Positions 13,479 through 25,545 of a stretch of 64,000 nucleotides of DNA are shown here, one piece after another; position 1 is the first letter of the stretch, and each line of letters opens with the position of its first letter. The DNA is taken from NCBI GenBank assembly GCA_030390025.1, contig CM059431.1, positions 134,976,001 through 135,040,000 of the forward strand. The letters are read 5' to 3'. Below the pieces are notes generated by a model. The model made no database searches, was not told the DNA's origin, and worked only from the letters and a program-made list of their open reading frames with translations. This DNA is from Squalus acanthias (Eukaryota). The position numbers were made by a program, and so were the translations under genes.

Positions 13479-15880
13479 ATGACAAATGAATATCAATATA
13501 GATAAGTGTGAGGTGGTGCATTTTGGTAAGAGGAATAAGGAGGCTACCTACTCCTTGGAAAATAAGAGTCTACATGATTTAATTCATAAATCATTAAAAG
13601 TAGCAATGCAGGTTAAAAAAAAGCCATAAATGTGCAAATAAGCACTGGGGTTCATTTCTGGAGGAATAGAATTCAAAAGCAGAGAAGTTATGTTAAACTT
13701 GTATAGAACCTTGATTATACCATACTTGGAGTACAGTTCTGGTCTCCATATTACAAAAAGGATACAGAGGTACTGGTGAAAGTGCAAAACAGATTTACTC
13801 GGATGATACCTGAACTGAGAGGCTACAACTATCAGGAACGACTGAACAGGCCGGGACTCTAGAGAAAAGACCGACAGGTAACCATGATGGAGGTCTTTAA
13901 AATTATGAAGGGGCTTGAAAGGGTAGACGTAGAGAAGATGGGGGGAGTTTTTCTAGCGGGGGTCAGCGGGCGCGTTTGGTGGTGGGACAGCTGTGAATTT
14001 TTTTTTTGACTGCGAGTAGGGAACCCGCTGTCAACCCACCTCCACGCTAGTCCCCCAGATGTCGGGTCTTTCATCGCTGAACAGACCCGACACCATGCGG
14101 CGGGGGACGCAATTTAGATTATTAAGAGCTTGTTAACAGGCACTTAAAAACTATTTTAAGCTCACCTTTAGATTTTAAGAGTGCTCGCGGTTCATGTCAG
14201 GTAAGGAGGTCGGGAGTTGTGTCAGCATGGGATGATTTCTTAACTTGACAGCTGCAAATGTTCTATAAAAGGTCCCATTTCATAGCTGTTCACTTTCCAA
14301 GTTTAGAAGCTGTTGCTTACTGCATTTGGAAGTCAGATTGAGCTTTATGCAGCTTGCAAGTGTTTGAAGCAAACCTCTCGCATCACCTGCATCGCTTCTG
14401 TCATCCCCACTTCACCTGCCATCTATTCCATCAGCATCGGTGCCCTTGAAACTATCTTACCTTGGTCCTCAAAATCCCACCACGATCAGCCCCAACACCA
14501 GCAGCACCAGGCACACCAGCAGCACCAACAACAACACCAACCTTCTCTGCAATCAACTGATGCTGCACAGGGCATCAGCACCCAACCACATTGCTGCCCG
14601 GGACGCCAGGGATGGCCTCACCATAGCTAGATTTACTTCACTTGACGCTGTACACCCTGGCTGCCACATGATGCGCCAGGTTGGCACCACCCCACACCAA
14701 CACCATAAAGCATCCCTATAATACCCAAGCCATTCCTTTCACGCTCATTGCCATTGTCTCACCATTCACTGCAACTCACTAAGCCACTTCCAAAGGTGCA
14801 CACAAATCTGTCCAAGAACGCAAAGTATTGAAAATAAAGATTTCAATGTTTGACAGCATGTTAACAGAAACTTCACATGAACATTGGCTAAAACACCCAA
14901 GTGCCTACCCTTGTCTGTTGTTACTTGGTATGATTGGATTAGGATGAGGGTGAGTGTGAGGGGTTGCTAGTGAGATGGGGAAGTGATAATGCAGATAGAG
15001 CGAGATTGGCGGAGGTGCAAGGTAAGTTTGTGAGAGTAAGGATGTGCAGGAGTAGGGTAGAGAAGGCAGAGTGATGGGGATGTGATGAGTGGCACAGCAG
15101 GATGAGGTTGAGTGTGGCTTTGCAGTAACATTTCGTGATCTGCTGACATCATTGAAAGGTTTGCGCCACTGCAGCCTGGTCCTCCTGACGACATCCCTGC
15201 TTGTGTCCTCCTGTGCAATGTGCAACCAGGCTGCGTTGATCTCCTGGGGAGGTGTCTTCCGCCCATGGGAAGGGAAGAGGACCTCCGTGTGTGCTGTGAC
15301 TCCCTCCAGAAGCATATGGAGGGAGTCATGGGAGAGCCTGGGTGCAGCCCTGCACCTTTGTGCAGTGTTTGTCAGTGTTTGCAGTATCTCAATGCTGTAG
15401 AACACTGACAGCACAATTGTCAAAATCAATTTACGCATGGTCCCTTTAAGGAAACCAGCTGATGCCGTGTCACCAAGTGATGTCATCAGACCCGCTTCCT
15501 TCAATTGGCCGGGAAACACACTGGGCGGGCTTAACAAGCCCAATCAGAGGAAAATCATTTCACAGAGTGGGCTGGAGGCAGCAGCGGGGTCGCAGCCCCC
15601 CACCGACCCCGGCCACACCAGACCCGCCTCAGTAGGCGAAATCACGGCCGATGTTTCCACTTATGGGGAGTCCAAAACTAGGGGCCATAAGTATAAGAGA
15701 TAGTCATTAATAAATCCAATAAGGAATTCAGGAGAAACTTCTTTACTCAGAGAGTGATGAGAATCTGGAACTCACTACCACATGCATTTAAGGGGAAGCT
15801 AGATAGGTACACAAGAGAGAAAGGAATAGAAGGATATTTTGATAAGATAGTGAGGAGGCTCGTATGGAGCATAAACATGC
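13479..15880 (+). mobile_element. Old CR1 3' fragment hosting Harbinger derivative B
   Basis: DKCEVVHFG-like start. ...GTAGAGAAGAT resumes as GTTTCCACTT after 15652. Same subfamily as 46563-47385. Confidence 0.85.
13940..15649. mobile_element. Non-autonomous PIF/Harbinger derivative (copy B) retaining Myb/SANT exon 1
   Basis: 3-bp TSD GAT (13937-13939 / 15650-15652). Minus ORF 14905-15543 contains AAPRLSHDSLHMLLEGV...W...WRKPFND. The transposase N-terminus (Q/H-rich) is fused to its C-terminus (HIAARDARDGL). Confidence 0.85.
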
Positions 15881-16342
15881 AAGCTCTTTGGGGTAAAAAT
15901 TCGGTTGGTTAGCGCCTCCTGGGGGTGCTAACAAATTACCGCCCGAGCACGGTGATTTTAGCACCGCCTGTGAAATTGACCTCGCAGTTTGCGGTGGTGC
16001 AAAACACTACCGCCACGGTCTCCTGCACCCTGAGATCGTGACGTCATCGAAGCACGCATCATCCCGGTAGCGCCCCGGACCGGAAATTGATTCTCGCCCC
16101 CTGCCTCAGCGCCTGGTGCTAGGAACGACAGGTAGAGGGGGGCGTTTTGCAGTTGGCTGGGAGCTGGAGGAGCGCTATTTAAAGGCGTGCGCTTCCTGCT
16201 TTTTCCTGTCGGCAAAATATTCTGAGACAGGGAGAGAGGCGTCTGGAGACATTTAACGCTGTCCTACAAGGAGTTTTGTTCCTCAGCAAGTCTTTTCAGG
16301 TTCCCATTTCTGTCAGCTTTATTACTACCACATTTAGATTAA

Positions 16343-17504
16343 ATGGGGGCTGTACTAACTCGGGGCCTCGTCCCCCAGCTTCACCGTCGGAGGCAGCGGA
16401 GGGGGAGAGAGAGAGTGGAAAACGTGGCCAGAGGGAGGAGGGCCAACAGGGCTCTGCACAGAAGACCTTACCCTCCCAGGTTATTCTGGGAACAATTCTC
16501 ATAAATCCATCTGTCAGAGGAGCAGTGTTTCCACAGGCTCTGCTTCAGCAAGGAGGTGGTCACAGAGCTCTGCCACCTCCTGCAACCAGAGCTCCAGCCT
16601 CAGCTCAGGACCAGGACATCTCTGTCGGTGGTAGTAAAGGTGACAGTGGCTCTCAATTGCTACGCCAGCAAATCCTTCCACGGCTTCCACAGGGGATATT
16701 GCGAACATCTCCCAGTTCGCCGTCCATTGTTGCATCCAGGAGGTCACAAATGCTCTCTACAAAAGGAGAAGGGAGTACATCTCGTTCCCCATGACCCGAG
16801 ACAAACAGCGTGAACGCGCATGTGTCTTCGCTAGGATAGCGGGCTTCCCAATGGTTCAGGGTGCCATTGACTGCACACATGTGGCATTGCGGGCACCTCA
16901 TGAAAATGCAAAGGTTTTCTGCAACCGCAAAGACCTCCACTCTCTCAACGTCCAGTTGGTTTGCGACCAGAGACAGCGCATCCTTGCCGTCAATGCCCAC
17001 TATCCTGGTAGCAGCCACAATGCATTCATCCTGCGCCAGACTGGTGTCCCAGACCTGTTCCAACCACCACATCAAGCTCGCGGCTGGCTCCTCGGGGACA
17101 AGGGTTATCCACTCTGCACCTGGCTGATGACACCGCTCCGTAACCCCAACACTCCTGCTGAGCTCACCTACAACGAGAGCCATAGCACCACCAGGAACCT
17201 GATTGAGCAGACTATCGGTGTGCTGAAGCAACGCTTCCGGTGCCTTGACCACTCTGGAGGAGCCCTGCAGTACTCTCCCGACTGAGTATCGGTTTTCATT
17301 GTTGTGTGCTGCATGCTTCACAACCTCGCCATTCTGAGGACCCAGCCATTCCCACCAGGGATTGGTGGACCACCTCAGGAGGAGGAAGAGGGAGAGGAGG
17401 AGGTGGAGGAGAAGGGTGAGCAGCAACAACATGGGAGGGAGGTGCTCAATATTGCTTCTGCACAGGCTGTTCGTGAATGCCTGTTAAGACACCGCTTTAG
17501 ATGA
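16343..17504 (+). pseudogene. Harbinger (HARBI1-like) DDE transposase, with stops and a frameshift
   Basis: [53 protein letters not shown] and CCMLHN motifs; acidic tail. Confidence 0.92.
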
Positions 17505-17802
17505 ATGACAGAGAAGATGGCTTTTCGGATGAACAAGCATATCATTACAACCGTCCCACAGCCCCCATTACTGGGCAAAGCTCCAATTAGTAAAATGAAC
17601 AAAGTTGTAACGTTTCAATAAAAAAATTATTTTTCTGAACAACTGTGTCTTATTAAGCACAACCAATAACAAACGAACACAACAATTCATTAACGAACAA
17701 AACTGCTTCTTACCACATCGAGATGAGTCTTAACAGAGTGAGCAATATATTTACATCCAACTTTGGGACAAACGTTCCCCCCATTTGTTAGAGAATTTTT
17801 AG

Positions 17803-19671
17803 TTATTCACCCTTCGAGAATGATCTCCCTCCCCTTCGCACTACCCCCCTTCCAACCCTACTGCTGCTCCGTAATGTGGCCCCAGTGGCTGCAGCAAAAC
17901 TGGCAGAAGGCTGCTGAATGTCAGATCCAGAGACTGCAGATGGCCTTGAAGAACGCCCTTGACCAGCTCTGGGCCTGGAGGGCCTGGCTGCAGACTGCAC
18001 CAACTCTGCATGGGCGGCAGCGGTCTGGGCTGGCTGGGTTACAGGCTGTGGCAAGTGCAATAGCAGAGGAATACTGGCAGCAGGAATACTGTCATCCTGA
18101 GAGACGACAGCACCTTCCTGCTCGACCGACACACTGCCACTCCCCCGGCGCAGAACCTCAGCATCCGGAGCAATCTGCTCGAGCACAGATTGCTGCCCTG
18201 CTGTGGCACTGTCAGATCCCCAGTGGACAGTGGTCGACCCAGATACGATGGCAGCAGTCAGCGCTTGCGTGGCATCATTCTGAGACTGCATGAGAGCAGT
18301 CTGACATTGGATGGCACCAACCAATGACTCGATTCCAGCACTAAGCTGTTGCATTGCATCGGCCTGTGCTGCAATAGATGCTGCCACCTCACCCATTACA
18401 CGCGGCATGGGGTCTGGGTCCCTACGGTCTGTCTGGAATTCAACCATCCTCTGCAACGAGACAAGGATGGGTTCAAGGGTTTGCGCACAGATGACAGCTT
18501 TGCTGGCCACGGTCTCCTCCACGCTGCTAGCCAGTGCATCCATGCTCTCGGGCACCCTTGCCATTGCACCCATGAGCTCGGTATGCATGCTCATCGCCTG
18601 AATATTCATCGCCACGATATCGAGGTCCTCATCCGAGTCCTGTGCAGCAGAACTCGTACGTGCACTTACCCTCCAGGGAGATGGCCCCCGAGCTTCCCTC
18701 CCCCCATGGCGTTGCTGCAGCCCGCTGGGTCCTGGAGCTTCACACACGTCAGATCCAAATCCCCTGCTCCTCTCCAGTGAACGCGTGGCCCCAGTATCGG
18801 ATGTCTTGCCCTCAGGAGATGCAGCGGTGAGGCGCCGACTTTGTGTTCCTCCTCCTCTCCTGCGTCGCTGACACTGGGAGACTGAGGGACAGGCTGGTCA
18901 GATGGTGGCTCACTATCTGAAAGCAGGAAGGTACAAGAGTGGCTTTAATGTGAGGGCAGGGGGGCAAGAAGCGAGCAAGGAATGGAGACAGTACAGTTAG
19001 ATGCAAAGTGGGAAAGGCTGGTGTTGTGAGGGGGAAGTGGTATGAGAGAGGAGATAAAGATGATGAACATACCGTTGCTGTCCCCAAGGAGGTTGACCTC
19101 TCCAAGTGCCACAGCGCCCACGACATGACTGGTGTTGAGTCTGTGAACTCGCTCTCCTGCTGTGTGAGGGGGTGCAGCTCTGCCTGACCTCCTCCTGTGC
19201 ATTGTTGCTCCCTCCGGTTATGTGAAAGCTTGGCCTGCAAGAAAAACGACTGAGTGTGCAGCCATGTGTTTGGAAGATGTGCCTACCATAGTTGAATAGC
19301 CGGTAATGTCTGCAAGGTGTGGGATGTGGATGTGACTTTGAGTAGATGGGCATAGTTGTTGGGCGAGTATTAGGGATTTGGGACTGTGCACAGAGTGAGG
19401 TTCAGATGGTGGGATGTAAAGGTATTTCATGCATCTACTCACCACCCAAGTGAGGTCGTTGAACTTCTTGAACTGTACGTCCTTTGGACCAGGCTCCTGG
19501 ATGAATGTACTGGGCCACCTCCCTCCACACCCTTGTAAACTCCTGGGGCAATGGCCTCCTGCCAGTCTCTGGAAACAGCACTGCCCGTCGGAGTTCCACA
19601 GTGACAACCAGAGCCACCAATACCTGGTCACTAAACTGGCGAGCTATCTCCTTGGGCCTCTGAGAAGCCAT
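17803..19671 (-). pseudogene. Three-exon Myb/SANT DNA-binding partner gene of Harbinger E
   Basis: Exon 1 19671-19443 (FSDQVL...W...KKFNDL, donor GTGAGT). Exon 2 19234-19073 (AKLSHNRREQQCTGGG). Exon 3 starts at 18916. GT-AG boundaries read on the minus strand. Confidence 0.85.
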
Positions 19672-19782
19672 GATAATCTTGGCTGCAGATTTACACCTCT
19701 TTGCAGGCCCAGGTCAAACGCAGCAATGAGCAGGGTGTGGCTGTGAAGGATGATGGACCCTCCCCTTTAAGAACTGGACGGC

Positions 19783-20074
19783 AATTAATTAAATAAATCT
19801 GGAATAAAAAGCTAGTATCAGTGACCATGAAACTACCGGATTGTTGTAAAAACCCATCTGGTTCACCAATGTCCTTTAGGGAAGGAAATCTGCTGTCCTT
19901 ACCCCATCTGCCCTATATGTGACTCCAGCAATGTAGTTGACCCTTAACTGCCCTTTGAAATGCCACTTATTCAAGAAGGTGGCTCACCACCACCTTCTTG
20001 AGGGAAATTAGGAATGGGCAATAAATGCTGGCCTTGCCAGCGACACCCACAACCCGTGTATGAATAAAAAAAAA
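19783..20074 (+). mobile_element. SINE (5'-truncated) with a LINE-derived 3' tail
   Basis: Body matches 37760-38020. The last ~100 nt match the reverse complement of 6063-6153. Ends in an A-run. Confidence 0.8.
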
Positions 20075-20084
20075 TTTAAAACCC

Positions 20085-21445
20085 AACTTTTTCACCATAA
20101 CCCTGCAAATGAGTCCTTTTCAAGTACATATCCAATTGTATTTTGAAATCGTTCCTATGTAATCTGCTTCCACCACCTTTTCACGTAGTGCGTTCCATAT
20201 CTTAACAACCCTCTGAGTGAAATCATTTCTTCTCATTTCGCCTCTAGTTCTTTTGCCAATTATTTTAAAACTATGACCTTTAGTTACCAACCCACTTGCC
20301 AGTGGAAACAGTTTATCCCTACTTGCTCTATCAAAAACCCTCATAATTTGGAATATCTTTATTAGTTCTCCCCTTAACCTTCTCTGCTCTAAGGAGAGCA
20401 ATCCCAGCTTCTCCAATATCTCCACATAACTGAAGTTCCTCATCCCTGGTATCATCCTGGTAAACCTCCCCTGTATCCTTTCCAAGGCCTTGACATCCTT
20501 CCTAAAGTGTTGTGCCCACAATTGTACACAATACTCCACCTGAGGCCTAGCCAGTGATTTGTAAAGGTTTAGCGTGACTTCCTTGTTTTTGTATTTACAA
20601 AGCCAAGTATCCCATATGCTTTCTTTTCTGCCTTATCAACTTGCCCTACAAACTTCAAATATTTGTGAATATACATCCCCCAGTTCCCTTTGCTCTTGCA
20701 CTCCCCTCAAAATAGTACCGTTTAGATTATACTGCCTCTCCATGTTGTTCCTCCGAAGTGCATCACTTCACACTTATCCTCATTAAATTGCATCTGTCAT
20801 GTGTCTTCCCATTTCGCCAGTCTGTCTATGTCCTCCTGAAGTCTGCTACTATCTCCCTCACTATTTACTACGTTGCCAAATTATATATCATTCGTAAACT
20901 TTGAAATTATACTCCCTATACTGAGGTCCAGGTCATTTATATATAACAAGAAAAGCAATGGTCCTAATACTGATCCCTGGGGGACCTCACTGCATACTTC
21001 TCTCCTGTCAGAAAAACATCCATTCACCACTGCTCTCTGCCTCCTATCCAAGTTACCACCGTCCCTTTAATCCCATGTGCAAGGGCACTGGCGGAGTGGC
21101 AGTGGTGGGAGGACGAATGCTGTCATCCTGAGAGAGGACAGTAGATTTGTCCTCCACAGAGCCACTGCCACTACCTTTGTGCGGCACCTCAGCATTCCTA
21201 GCCATCTGTTGGAGGACAGATTGCTGGAACGCTGTGACACACTGCAAGCCCCTGGTAAACCCAGCCACAATGGCAGCAGTCTGAGCTTGCATGAGAGCAG
21301 TCTGAGCTTGCTTCTACTTTCTGAATAAATCTGTTATGAGGTACTTTATGAAATAGCTTTTTGAAAGTACATATATACAACACTACTTTCATCAACCCTC
21401 TCTGTTACTTCATCAAAGAATTCAGTGAGGTTAGTCAGATTTACC
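20085..21445 (-). mobile_element. Decayed CR1 3' fragment
   Basis: Minus ORF 20120-20539 (EYCVQLWAQH...FTQRVV); GSVLGP and HKVPH remnants. Confidence 0.85.
21081..21311 (-). other. Terminus-free internal fragment of a Harbinger Myb/SANT exon 3 inserted into a CR1
   Basis: Similar to 23117-23377. The host CR1 reads CCCATGTGC|TTCTACTTTC across the insert, with TGC at both junctions. Confidence 0.75.
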
Positions 21446-22171
21446 TTATTCTGTGGCAATCTTGCACCCTCTCAAAGTGGAGTCTCTATCACCTTTAGGG
21501 TCATGAATTGATTCAAGGGCAAGAAAACTTTGAGAGGCACAGAGAAAGCATAGAGAGGGTGGCGGGGTGGGGGGGGGGCAGGGTGCTGGTGGCTGGTGGC
21601 TGCAGACTAGCAAGAGGGACTAGCTGAATTCTGCTGAATATATAGGACAAGTTGCTTGAGCAAGAATATGGATAAAAACAGAACTAAAAGCAACTGGCAT
21701 AGATGTAACTAACCATAGTATTGGTTAAAGCTAGTTATAGATAAGTAGGGTGGTTAGCTTAAATGAAACTTACAGATTACATGAATTTGATGGTGAAAGG
21801 CTTAAAGTACTGTCTTGGGCAGACAATTAAATGCCCAGGGGATGACAACTAGAGTACCCATGACTGGGAGCAAGTGGGCTGACCATAACACTTGAAGTCA
21901 GAAGCAAGGCCTTCTCCACTTGCAGTACCACTCCCTGTCACCTCACCAACTTTAAACAACTCTTGAAAGCTCCAAACACTTCCATTAACTTACATACAGC
22001 CAGTAGACATTAATCAGCAACTGATCTCAGTGTGGTTGATGTTCCCTTTAAATATTGCTGGTAGGGGGCAATGTTCCCCCTAATTGTTTTTTGGGTGCGC
22101 AGTCCCTTTAACAGGCTGCACAGCCCATTCAAAGTTTCACGCATGCGTGAAATTTCATGTTGGAAAAGCTC

Positions 22172-22713
22172 TGACCAGAGAGAAGCAGGCAGAGCATGCG
22201 CGTGGCTTTCCCAGGATAGCGGGCTTCCCCATGGTGCAGGGCGCCATCGACTGCACACACATGGCTTTGCGGGCGCCACATCTAAATGCTGAGATGTACC
22301 GCAACCGCAAAGGTTATCACTCGCTGAATGTGCAGTTGGTGTGCGACCGTGCTCAGCACTCATGATGGTGAATGCCCAATATCCTGGCAGCAGTCATGAT
22401 GCTTTCATTCTGCGCCAGTCCGCAGTTCCCTCAGTCTTTGAGCCACCAAGACAAACCAGAGGGTGGCTACTGGGCGACAAGAGCTATCCGCTGACTACCT
22501 GGCTCACGACTCCGCTCCACAACCTAACCACACGTGGACAGCATACGTACAATGAGGGCACAGCCCTTGCCACCAGGCATATGGTGAACAGCTGAAGAGG
22601 AGGAGGAGGAAGAGGAAGCTGAAGAGGAGGAAGCAGAAGGGAGGAGGCAACCCAGACAGCCCCTTTCTGCCTGGGCTGTCTGTGATCAAATCATCCGACT
22701 GAGGTTCCAGTGA
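22172..22713 (+). pseudogene. Harbinger transposase fragment (element F)
   Basis: GAIDCTH, NRKGYHSLNVQLVCD, YPGSSHDAFILRQS and LLGDKSYP motifs. The C-terminal core is deleted. Confidence 0.88.
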
Positions 22714-23380
22714 ACACAACCCCAATTCCACATTCACCATCAGTCCCACACCTTACCCTCCCTCTGTTACTGACCATCACAGCGACCTCTTGGCCACAAT
22801 GCTGAAATTAAAGCCACCACAAAAAAAACATTCTATATCAACTTTATACATCAATCCATCAAATATTACATTAAATCACCCTTGTGTATTCTCTTAGTGT
22901 CTTCTATGTGCCTTTGCCTGTCCTAGTGCTCCTACAAAGTGCTACCCCAGTGGCTGCACCATGGCTGGTGGAAGGCTGCTGACTTTCAGTGGGGGAGGCT
23001 GCAAATGGCCTTGCAGGATAACTTTGAGCAGCTCTGGGTCTAGAAGGCCCGGCTGCGGACGGCGCCACTTTGGCATGGGCGGCAGCAGTCTGGGCTGTCT
23101 GGCTGACAGGCAACAGCAAGGGCACTGGTGGAGTGGCAGTGCTGGGAGTATGAATGTTGTCATCCTGAGAGAGAACAGCAGGTTCGTGCACCACAGAGCC
23201 ACTGCCACTCCCCCGGGGCAGCACCTCAGCAATCCTAGGAATCTGTTGGAGGACAGATTGCTGGGCTGCTGTGACACCCTGCAAACCCTTTCCACACTAG
23301 TAACCGCAGCCACAATGGCAACAGTCTGAACCTGCGTGGCAGCAAGCTGAACCTGCATGAGAGCAGTTTGAGCTTACGTG

Positions 23381-24624
23381 GTATAGACCATCTGACGATG
23401 CCACCTTCCATACCAGTGCTTCCGACATGTCTTCCTTTTTCCTCAACCGAGGATTCCCCTCTATGGTGGTTGACACGGCCCTCGACCGTGTCCGTTCTAT
23501 CTCCCACACTTCTGCCCTCACCCCTGCCCCTCCCTCCCGGAACCACGATAGAGATCCCCTTGTCCTCGCCTTTCACCCCACCAGCCTCCACATTCAACAG
23601 ATCATCCTCCGCCATTTCCGCCACCTCCAGCGTGATCCCACCACCAAACGCATCTTCCCCTCACCTCCCCTTTCAGCATTCCACAGGGACCGCTCCCTCC
23701 GCGACACCCTAGTCCACTCCTCTATCGCCCCCAGCACCCCTTCCCCTTCGCCCGGCACCTTCCCGTGCAAGCGCAGGAGATGCAACACATGCCCTTATAC
23801 CTCCCCTCTTCCCACTGTCCAGGGCCCCAAACACCCCTTCCAGGTGAAACAGCGATTTACTTGTACTTCTTGCAATTTAGTGTACTGTATTCGCTGCTCA
23901 CGATGTGGTCTCCTCTACATTGGGGAGAGCAAACGCAGATTGGGTGTCCGCTTTGCGGAACACCTCCGTTCAGTCCGTAAGGGGGACCCCGAGCTCCCGG
24001 TGGCCTGTCACTTTAATTCTCCGCTCCACTCCCACTCTGACCTCACCGTCCTCGGCCTCTTGCATTGCTCCATGGAAGCTCAGCGTAAGCTCGAGGAACA
24101 GCACCTCATCTTTCATTTAGGCACCCTACAGCCCTCTGGACTCAACATCGAGTTCAACAATTTCAGATCATAACCTCAGGCCCCTATCACATTTATATAT
24201 TTTTATTTTATTTTTTCATCCACCCTTTTGTTTGGCCTTTTTTTCCCTCCCAGAAGCTGGCAGCTGTCCTTCATTCTGCCAGCGCATCTCACACTTCATC
24301 TAGCCTCAACCTGTCACATTACCACCTCCTCTTGCCTTGATTATCTCTTAATATCTCTCAATGTCTCTTAATCTCTCCTGCTTTCTATCCTACCACTGAC
24401 CTTCCCTTTTGTTCTTTCATCCCCTCCCCCTTTTCCCAGCTTTATACTTGCTTTAAATCTATTTAATTTCCTGCTTTTTTCCAGTTCTGACGAAAAGACT
24501 TCGACTGGAAACGTTAACTCTGTTTTTCTCTCCACAGATGCTGCCTGGCCTGCTGAGTTTTTCCAGCGTTTTCTGTTGTTATTTCGGATTTCCAGCATCC
24601 GCAGTATTTTGCTATCGTTTTTCG
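23381..24624 (+). mobile_element. Penelope-like retroelement, 5'-truncated (RT C-terminus, GIY-YIG endonuclease, tail)
   Basis: ORF 23427-24173 has CKRRRCNTC, NLVYCIRC..CGLLYIGE, RFAEH, VACHFN and PSGLN. Flanked by GAGCTTACGTG (23370-23380) and GAGCTTGCGTG (24625-24635). Confidence 0.93.
24483..24519 (+). ncRNA. Putative minimal type-I hammerhead ribozyme motif (decayed) in the Penelope tail
   Basis: AGTT-CTGACGA-(14 nt)-GAAA-CGTT-AACT. Both core boxes are in order, stem I is AGTT/AACT and stem III is the palindrome ACGT. Stem II is imperfect. Confidence 0.5.
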
Positions 24625-25545
24625 GAGCTTGCGTGACTTCAGTCTGAGCTTCCACTGCAGTACTCAGACATTGGGTCGCTTCCGCCTGTGCTGCAATGGA
24701 AGCTGAGACATCGGCCATCAGACCCTGCATTATGGTTGGGTCCACAAGTGCGTTAGTGGAGTTCACCATCAATTCCATGCTGGAAATCATGGGCTCCAAG
24801 CTCTGTACAACGCCCTGTGCAAGGTTGGTGCTGGACTCCTCCATGCTCCTTGACATTGCACTCAGGCATTCTGGCAGGCCTGCCAATGTACCAAGCATTT
24901 CATTGTGCATACCCATCAGCCTTCTTCTGTAGGCCGCCCCATCGAAAGCCTCATCTGAGTCCTTTGCAGCAGAACTCATGTGCGACCTCGTGCTCCAGGG
25001 AGCTGGCACCTGCACTACACTTTCCCCCTGCCTTGGCTGCAAGCCACTCGTGCCCAGTGTCGCACCACGTGCAGATCCCGTGTCTAACCTATCCTCTAAA
25101 ATATGCGGAGTGTCAGTATCTGAGCTGGTGGCTCAAGGTGTGAAATCGAGTGACGCTGTGATCACTTTCTTCCTGCTCCTCCACCAGTGCCTGGCCAGGT
25201 GGCAGTTCTTGGCTATCTGAAAGGAGAATGCACAAGGGTAAGCTTGTGGTGATGGGACATGGGAAAGCAAGAGGGGCATGCTTATGCCATCTGCAGCTTG
25301 TAAGTCAGAAGAGATAGCGGGAAGAGGGGGAAGTGGGATGTGAGAAGAAGGATTAGATATGAGGATACCATCGTCTTGGATAGCTTCAGGCCTGCCGCTG
25401 GCCACGGCTTTAGTGATTGTCCTGCCAAGAATAGTCAGCACCGTCTCCTCCAGGAGGGGGAGATTATGTAAGCAGGCCTGTGTCCATTCACGAAGCCCCT
25501 GCTGGCCCAGATTGTGAGTGACCTTGTTCTGTAAGAGAAAGGAAA

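Larger units (their letters stand above)
15890..19780. mobile_element. PIF/Harbinger transposon E (transposase + convergent Myb/SANT gene); right end not found
   Basis: Starts GGGGTAAAAATT after TTT. TATTTAAA at 16176, AATAAA at 17617, two convergent genes. Truncated by the SINE at 19783. Confidence 0.85.

Noticed and set aside
14313..14630. Poly-Q/H host protein
   Set aside because: It is the N-terminal remnant of the Harbinger G-type transposase (compare 49135-49270).
16343..19671. Domesticated HARBI1 or NAIF1/MSANTD host genes
   Set aside because: Several copies with stops and frameshifts, a convergent two-gene layout, and TIRs/TSDs in relatives indicate transposon copies.
21557..21583. 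G-quadruplex-capable G-run cluster
   Set aside because: An isolated low-complexity tract with no functional context.
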